Assembly (NCBI GenBank): GCA_046050355.1
Contig: JBJOPW010000013.1
Span: 1-32,783, forward strand
DNA: 32,783 nucleotides
Source of the DNA: Candidatus Parcubacteria bacterium
GTDB lineage: Bacteria; Patescibacteriota; Minisyncoccia; Phycocordibacterales; UBA918
Reading direction: 5' to 3'
Notes under the pieces: generated by a model
Seen by the model: only the letters and a program-made list of their open reading frames with translations
The model's database searches: none
What the model was told of the DNA's origin: nothing
Shown here: piece by piece, positions 28,003 to 32,783 of the stretch
Layout: each line of letters opens with the position of its first letter
Numbering within the stretch: position 1 is the first letter of the stretch
Program-made: the position numbers and the translations under genes

Positions 28003-28554
28003 ATGCTTAATTTGTTACCTTTGTTGCCGGTTATCAATCTCGTGGTGGCGCTCGGGAGCCTTCTGCTCCTCGCAGCTACCCTCCTACTGCTGTACACCCT
28101 CCGGTTTCGGCCGACATGGCTCGCTGCTGTAAAGACCAATTGGCTCTGGCTCCTCATCATCGGGATGTCGGTTGGTGGGGTCGTACTCTCACTCCTCTAC
28201 TCGGAGATATTCCTCTTTGTGCCGTGCTCACTGTGCTGGCTCCAGCGTATTGCCCTTTACCCGCAGGCGCTCATGGCTATCGTTGCCTATAGACGTGGCG
28301 ATACTGTCCACTTCCCACTCTACGGTATGGCGCTCTCTATCGCCGGTATGGCAGTCGCTACCTACCAGTACATCTACCAGATGTTGCCAGCCGAGACCCG
28401 CGACGGCATCATGCCATGCCTCGTTGATGGGAGTGCCAGCTGTGCGGACAAGGTCATCGATATGTTCGGCTTTGTGACCTTCCCATTTGTCTCAGCCGTC
28501 TCGTTCGCCTTCCTCATCACCCTCTACCTCGCCCTCATTCGTCGTACACGTTAG
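28003..28554 (+). CDS. dsbB: Disulfide bond formation protein B (DsbB/BdbC-like)
   Basis: PCSLCWLQRIALYP, second pair PC.....SC, FGFVTFP. Start ATG 28003 after TGaTATACT. Confidence 0.9.
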   Translation: MLNLLPLLPVINLVVALGSLLLLAATLLLLYTLRFRPTWLAAVKTNWLWLLIIGMSVGGVVLSLLYSEIFLFVPCSLCWLQRIALYPQALMAIVAYRRGDTVHFPLYGMALSIAGMAVATYQYIYQMLPAETRDGIMPCLVDGSASCADKVIDMFGFVTFPFVSAVSFAFLITLYLALIRRTR

Positions 28555-28637
28555 TCATTTTCATAGTGGTATTGAGTAATTCCTTGATTGACTGTACTAT
28601 ACGTCCCAACTGACACCATCTAGGGGGGTGAGAAATA

Positions 28638-28826
28638 ATGATCTTTCCGAGCAGTCCGCAAATCACTTGCCAGTGCGGACATCGTTTTGACGCAGAACTG
28701 GTTATCTGCCTTATGTGCATACAGTTCGGTCCGTCAAATTGGCGCAAGTGCGGTGGGTGTGGTGAAGTTTACAAAGCTGGACTCGACCGGTGTCCGGTCT
28801 GCAGCAACTTCCCCGCCAAAGACTAA
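28638..28826 (+). CDS. Small double zinc-ribbon protein (62 aa)
   Basis: CQCGH...CLMC...CGGC...CPVC, with a purine-rich RBS upstream. Confidence 0.65.
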   Translation: MIFPSSPQITCQCGHRFDAELVICLMCIQFGPSNWRKCGGCGEVYKAGLDRCPVCSNFPAKD

Positions 28827-28844
28827 ACTGGGGGCAACAAAAAC

Positions 28845-28877
28845 GGGCGGAGCGCGGATACCTGCGATCCGCCCTTT
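28845..28877. terminator. Hairpin between convergent genes
   Basis: GGGCGGA...TCCGCCC stem with A/T tracts on both sides. Confidence 0.6.
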
Positions 28878-28885
28878 GCTATGTC

Positions 28886-29611
28886 TTAATTCCGTTCAAG
28901 CGTGGCGAACTCAGCACTCTCTACTATGAATCCGAAGGCTTCTTTTTGGGAGCTGATACAGGCGACCTTGTTCGCATAGACGAGACGGGTCATGGCTGGG
29001 GCTTTGGTGGCAGTCGTAGTCACTATCGTATCGAGGGACGCAACATAGAAATGTGGTGTGGCGGCTTTTTTTGCAGCCTTTGGGCAGTGCCAGGTGATTT
29101 TTATCTTACGCGCGGTGCGACGCTCATTCCACCAGCGGAGGAAGGCGGCATCGTATATCTTTTGTATCTCACTATCATTCCACGTCGCTTCAACCACCAC
29201 GCCATCATGCCACATGATATCTTTCATGAGTTGCTTCATACCGTCTTCACCTTCGAAGAACCGAATCTTCGGTGTCACGGTATCAAGCCCGGCTTCGATA
29301 CTTGGAAGTGCATCAAGGAGAAACTGCCGACTCTGCTCGAGGCGGTCGATACGGTCTCCAAGCAGCGCGTCGAGGTGCTTGATATCGCTGGCGGCAAAGT
29401 GTGCCTTGCCCTCGACATCAAGTTCGACAACAAGATTGAGCGCAATGAGCTTCTTCAGCTGATCGTACACCGACGGTCGTGTGAGTCCCGTCCGGTCTGC
29501 GAGCAAACGTGCGGTCGCACGCCCTTCGCGCAAGAGGGATAAATAAATCGCCTGCTCGCCATCGCTCATATCGAGACGGCGCAGCGCGGCACTAATGGTG
29601 TCTGTTTTCAT
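28886..29611 (-). CDS. TrmB-family transcriptional regulator
   Basis: L..L......E..IYLSLL..G..TA..LA..TGL.R.SVYD.L..L...LV wHTH, followed by PKIRFFEG..G. Confidence 0.88.
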   Translation of the reverse strand: MKTDTISAALRRLDMSDGEQAIYLSLLREGRATARLLADRTGLTRPSVYDQLKKLIALNLVVELDVEGKAHFAASDIKHLDALLGDRIDRLEQSRQFLLDALPSIEAGLDTVTPKIRFFEGEDGMKQLMKDIMWHDGVVVEATWNDSEIQKIYDAAFLRWWNERRTARKIKITWHCPKAAKKAATPHFYVASLDTIVTTTATKAPAMTRLVYANKVACISSQKEAFGFIVESAEFATLERN

Positions 29612-29630
29612 AGTCTTATTTTAGCATAAT

Positions 29631-29648
29631 TGTCGAATTTCGTCGACA
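29631..29648. promoter_or_regulatory. Palindromic operator candidate in the divergent promoter region
   Basis: TGTCGA-N6-TCGACA, just upstream of the TrmB gene's -10. Confidence 0.55.
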
Positions 29649-29722
29649 CTTTTACTAATTTCTCATATGCACCCACAATGGCACCAGAAACGTTCTTCGA
29701 AAGCTTCAAAGGAGGCACTCTG

Positions 29723-30253
29723 ATGAAAACCCGCACCTACCTCATCCCGTCGTGGAGTGGTCGCGTCTACAAAGCCCGCAAAAACTACTGCTGCGACCTC
29801 TGCGGAGGCATCATCCCCCGCGGCGTGAGCTATGTCCGCGATGTGGTGCGTGATGGTCCGAATTGGGGTATCGATCCCCTGCGGAACATCCACAAGCACC
29901 ACAACTGTGAGACGCCGTGGTGGCAGGTAGCCCCGCATCCGCGTCGTCTTGTGAACCTCGGTCGTCTGCCCCACCGGCTGCCGAAGCCGGCTGAGTATGA
30001 AGACCCCTTCCCCATCGTCGTGCCGATGGTGATACGGCATCCGCGGATTGGGAGTATCGTCTGGACGATGCCCGAGGGTCTTGGGGAGCGCATCGCGCTC
30101 TGCCCAGACGCCGAAAAGAAGATGGCGGCAATCGGCGAAATTGAAAACGCCATTATGCTCTTCCTCGCGACATTGGGTGAAAGTGCTGGACACCAGCGCA
30201 AGTCGCGGGAACTCGAACACGCTCTTGGAGCCATGGCGACACTAGTTGCCTAA
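29723..30253 (+). CDS. Orphan protein with an N-terminal putative zinc finger
   Basis: SD AAAGGAGG at 29708-29715. KARK.Y.CDLC...I..G..Y.R...H.H..C motif. An alternative start at 29678 is possible. Confidence 0.7.
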   Translation: MKTRTYLIPSWSGRVYKARKNYCCDLCGGIIPRGVSYVRDVVRDGPNWGIDPLRNIHKHHNCETPWWQVAPHPRRLVNLGRLPHRLPKPAEYEDPFPIVVPMVIRHPRIGSIVWTMPEGLGERIALCPDAEKKMAAIGEIENAIMLFLATLGESAGHQRKSRELEHALGAMATLVA

Positions 30254-30255
30254 GC

Positions 30256-30288
30256 ACCGGCGCGACCTTTGGTCGCGCCGGTTTTCTT
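30256..30288 (+). terminator. Intrinsic terminator
   Basis: ACCGGCGCGACC-TTT-GGTCGCGCCGGT followed by TTTCTT. Confidence 0.85.
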
Positions 30289-30352
30289 GTACCTCTAGAC
30301 CAAGACATATCGTTGGGCGTATACTAGTACCATTGAAAGTTAATATTTGTAT

Positions 30353-30772
30353 ATGAAAGACGTAGCTGATTGGCGCCAGAATAAAAAATCTCGCCTCATT
30401 ATTATCATCGGCTTACTGATTATCGTCGGAGTGATTGCCTTCTTTTTTGAGAAGACGCGACTCTGGATGCTCGGTATCGGCGCTGTCCTCCTCATTGCAC
30501 TCGGACTCGAAGCCACCAATACTGACGTTGATCTCGGCAAGCTCGTCGAGACTGGTTCGCTCTCAGAATCGATGATTCAGCGTGACGAGAACGGTAAAGC
30601 GCTCTATGGTGCTACCTGTGAGGAAAATGTCTACAATTGTAGCAACTTCAAGACCCAGCCTGAAGCCCAGGAAGTCTACGACACCTGTAAGACAACTGAG
30701 AATCCAGACCGCCATGGCCTCGATCGTGACGGCGACGGCATTGCGTGCCAGAGTCTCCCGGCTGGAAGCTAA
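30353..30772 (+). CDS. Membrane protein with an Excalibur calcium-binding domain
   Basis: Two TMs, then YNCSNF.TQ.EAQ..Y......[17 protein letters not shown]. Confidence 0.85.
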   Translation: MKDVADWRQNKKSRLIIIIGLLIIVGVIAFFFEKTRLWMLGIGAVLLIALGLEATNTDVDLGKLVETGSLSESMIQRDENGKALYGATCEENVYNCSNFKTQPEAQEVYDTCKTTENPDRHGLDRDGDGIACQSLPAGS

Positions 30773-30820
30773 CCCCACTGGCACTTGTCCAAAACCCCTC
30801 ATCGAAACTAACAACTGGGG

Positions 30821-30853
30821 CAAAAAATTCCACCCAAAGGGTGGAATTTTTTG
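30821..30853. terminator. Intrinsic terminator (bidirectional-type)
   Basis: CAAAAAATTCCACCC-AAA-GGGTGGAATTTTTTG. Confidence 0.85.
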
Positions 30854-30894
30854 CTATACTATTCACGTTTATCATTATTCAATAATCGTTATAT

Positions 30895-31455
30895 ATGACA
30901 ACAACTGTTTCATTAAAAACTGCCGTTATTGCTGCCGTCATGCTTGCACTGTTTGTACCTGCCATGTCATTTGCAGCTACACCTTCAGTCAGTGAACTCC
31001 AGACACAATACCAGACATTGATGAGTCGCTTTGAAGAAATGAAGGAACGTCGCGAAGGTAATGCTTCAAGTACCAAAGCTACCACTACTCGCGAACGAGG
31101 TGACAAGGCTTCAACTACCGTTAATCGTACTTGTATGGCAACTGCGGTAGCAACTCGAGAGGCATCACTCAAAACGGCCTGGAACACCTTTAGTACCAGC
31201 TTTGTTACTGCCTTTGACAAACGTACAACCGCACTCATCGCTGCTTGGAACGCAACCGATACCGGCAACCGTGACGCCTACAAAGAAGCTTGGTCTAACT
31301 GGAAAACCGAACGAAAGGCTGCTCAAACTAAACTAAAAAGTGACCGCAAAGCCGCTTGGGATACCTTCAAGAAGACCGCTCGTGAAACTTGCAAGGTAAG
31401 CACACCAAAAGAAGAAGGTTTGGAGAAGTCTGGTAGTGACAGTATTGTCCTCTAG
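30895..31455 (+). CDS. Secreted helical hypothetical protein
   Basis: Signal peptide (..MSFA|A), C...AV..RE.....AW repeats, two Cys. Confidence 0.8.
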   Translation: MTTTVSLKTAVIAAVMLALFVPAMSFAATPSVSELQTQYQTLMSRFEEMKERREGNASSTKATTTRERGDKASTTVNRTCMATAVATREASLKTAWNTFSTSFVTAFDKRTTALIAAWNATDTGNRDAYKEAWSNWKTERKAAQTKLKSDRKAAWDTFKKTARETCKVSTPKEEGLEKSGSDSIVL

Positions 31456-31478
31456 AAGATTCCACACAATAACCTCTG

Positions 31479-31516
31479 AAAAGAGCCGCGCCCGAGGGCG
31501 CGGCTCTTTTCTTTTT
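31479..31516 (+). terminator. Intrinsic terminator
   Basis: AAAAGAGCCGCGCCC-GA-GGGCGCGGCTCTTTT followed by CTTTTT. Confidence 0.85.
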
Positions 31517-31544
31517 ATCTAGTTCTGTTACCCTACCTGTACCT

Positions 31545-32408
31545 ATGCCCGAACTTCCCGAGGTAGAAACCGTCCGCATGCAACTCCTCCACCACCTCAA
31601 AGGTCGGACCATTATTAACGTGATTGTGCACCATGAGAAATCTACCGACCATAACGCCGACTTCGCTACACTTGTAGCTGGCAAAACCATCGAGCACATC
31701 GACCGGGTGGGCAAGCTTATGATTTTTAGTTTTGTGGATGAGGTAGACTTTTTTCTCCTCGCGCACCTCAAGATGACCGGGCAGTTTCTCTTTCTCGACC
31801 CTGAAGGTACTGTCGGTGGTGGCGGACACACGCTGACGCCAACTGACATCCATCTCCCCAATCGCCACACTCGCATCACCTTTGCACTCGATAATGGCAC
31901 CCAGTTATTCTTCAACGATATGCGGCTCTTTGGCTATGTGAAGATAGCGGGCGAGAAAGAAGTCGCGGTAGCTCGCAGCAAATTTGGACCCGAACCAATT
32001 CATGACGGGTTTGATATCGAGTATTTCATCAAAGGTCTCAAGCGCCGCACCGCGCCCATCAAAGCGGTACTCCTTGATCAATCCTTCGTCGCGGGACTGG
32101 GGAACATCTACGTGGATGAAGCCCTCTTCGTGGCCAAGGTGCGTCCAACCAGACGCGCGGACAAAGTGACCCGGGTCGAGGCGATAGAGCTCGCCAAGGC
32201 TGCTGGAGAGGTCATGAACGCCTCTATCCGCGTCGGTGGTACTACCTTTCAGCACTTTGTTGATACCGGTGGCGACAATGGCAACTACACGGACTACCTC
32301 CAGGTCTTTGGTAAACAAGGCACCCCCTGCCCCCGCTGTGGCACCACTATCAAAAAAATCCGCTGCGCTGGCCGCGGCACCCACTACTGTCCCAACTGCC
32401 AAAAGTAG
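31545..32408 (+). CDS. mutM: Formamidopyrimidine-DNA glycosylase (Fpg)
   Basis: MPELPEVET, HLKMTG, D.R.FG, LLDQ..VAGLGNIYVDE.LF, CPRC...CPNCQ zinc finger. Confidence 0.97.
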   Translation: MPELPEVETVRMQLLHHLKGRTIINVIVHHEKSTDHNADFATLVAGKTIEHIDRVGKLMIFSFVDEVDFFLLAHLKMTGQFLFLDPEGTVGGGGHTLTPTDIHLPNRHTRITFALDNGTQLFFNDMRLFGYVKIAGEKEVAVARSKFGPEPIHDGFDIEYFIKGLKRRTAPIKAVLLDQSFVAGLGNIYVDEALFVAKVRPTRRADKVTRVEAIELAKAAGEVMNASIRVGGTTFQHFVDTGGDNGNYTDYLQVFGKQGTPCPRCGTTIKKIRCAGRGTHYCPNCQK

Positions 32409-32425
32409 CAACGTGTCTCCAAATC

Positions 32426-32451
32426 AAGGACGAGGTCTTGCCTCGTCCTTT
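32426..32451. terminator. Hairpin between convergent genes
   Basis: AAGGACGAGG-TCTTG-CCTCGTCCTT. Confidence 0.7.
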
Positions 32452-32461
32452 GTATTAATCA

Positions 32462-32623
32462 TTAATACATTTCCCAGTGTTCAATCTGTGATGGGACAAC
32501 GCCGGCTATGTGCGCTTCTGGCTTAGGGTACATATACTCAACCGGCATACTAAAAGCGACCACAAGTACTCCCGAAACGTTAAATAAACCAAAACATCCT
32601 CCGGCAATAATCCATGATTTCAT
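32462..32623 (-). CDS. Small membrane protein (53 aa)
   Basis: ATG 32623 (MKSWIIAGGCFG...), one hydrophobic segment, ends beside the hairpin. Confidence 0.4.
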   Translation of the reverse strand: MKSWIIAGGCFGLFNVSGVLVVAFSMPVEYMYPKPEAHIAGVVPSQIEHWEMY

Positions 32624-32657
32624 ATACACCTTATAACTACCATTCGTGCATGAAAAT

Positions 32658-32783
32658 TCAACCACTGTGCACTAGAAGTGCACAGAGTGGGTCACGACTG
32701 AAGTCTCTCATGGTTCCTGCACATTGAACGCATCTTTACCAGCTTCACCCTCAAAGTGGTGTTTGATGTATTCTTCAATCATT
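32658..32783 (-). mobile_element. IS200/IS605-family element, tnpA 3' end and right end
   Basis: After the tnpA stop: GAC-TTCA-GTC, then hairpin CTGTGCAC-TTCTA-GTGCACAG (32665-32685), then TGGTTGA. The exact end is approximate. Confidence 0.7.
32708..32782 (-). CDS. tnpA: IS200/IS605 TnpA, C-terminal fragment (enters from the window edge)
   Basis: Manual translation gives ...MIEEYIKHHFEGEAGKDAFNVQEP*. I..YI..(Q/H) matches the catalytic-Tyr helix of Y1 transposases. Confidence 0.7.
   Translation of the reverse strand: MIEEYIKHHFEGEAGKDAFNVQEP

Noticed and set aside
28790-29542. 250-aa plus-strand ORF
   Set aside because: It is antisense to the well-supported TrmB gene, crosses a terminator and has no recognisable motif. 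Shadow ORF in GC-rich DNA.
29663-30234. Several minus-strand ORFs (185, 106, 134 aa)
   Set aside because: They are antisense to the plus-strand ORF, which has the SD, Zn motif and terminator.
31367-32411. Minus-strand ORFs of 182, 111 and 168 aa
   Set aside because: Shadows of mutM.
1-32783. Circular plasmid or phage carrying one IS split by linearisation
   Set aside because: No replication or phage genes are present, the content is chromosomal (mutM, msrA, dsbAB), and the sequence beyond the right end does not look like the continuation of the interrupted 363-aa ORF.
1-32783. CRISPR array, reverse transcriptase/DGR, rRNA
   Set aside because: No regularly spaced repeats, RT motifs or rRNA-like sequence were seen by eye.

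Overview
This looks like about 32.8 kb of chromosome from a small-genome bacterium. The gene content points to Patescibacteria/CPR (Parcubacteria-like), which is an inference: a stand-alone VirD4/TraG-like ATPase, a T4P/ComG-like operon, a TrmB regulator, RimK ligases, a GH1-EamA-GH-A cluster and tightly packed genes. Both edges fall inside IS200/IS605-family elements on the minus strand, and the supplied ORF track misses both. Positions 1-121 carry the tnpA 5' end and left end, inserted into the 363-aa ORF. Positions ~32658-32783 carry a tnpA 3' end and right-end hairpin. Between them lie a VirD4-like ATPase, a glycosidase/transporter cluster, a PolB-like 3'-5' exonuclease, three ATP-grasp ligases, dsbA and dsbB, a SAM methyltransferase, dgkA, an HI0933 flavoprotein, DedA, an aquaporin, an L,D-transpeptidase, a six-gene pilin operon, a dinJ-yafQ toxin-antitoxin pair, msrA, a TrmB regulator with zinc-finger orphans, an Excalibur protein and mutM. 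The most notable non-gene signals are a promoter-driven ~90-nt rod-like RNA structure (15238-15326), widespread apparently leaderless genes (including an 18-bp bidirectional promoter), and a ~0.5-kb mini-island bounded by tRNA-3'-like direct repeats. No rRNA, intact tRNA or CRISPR array was seen.
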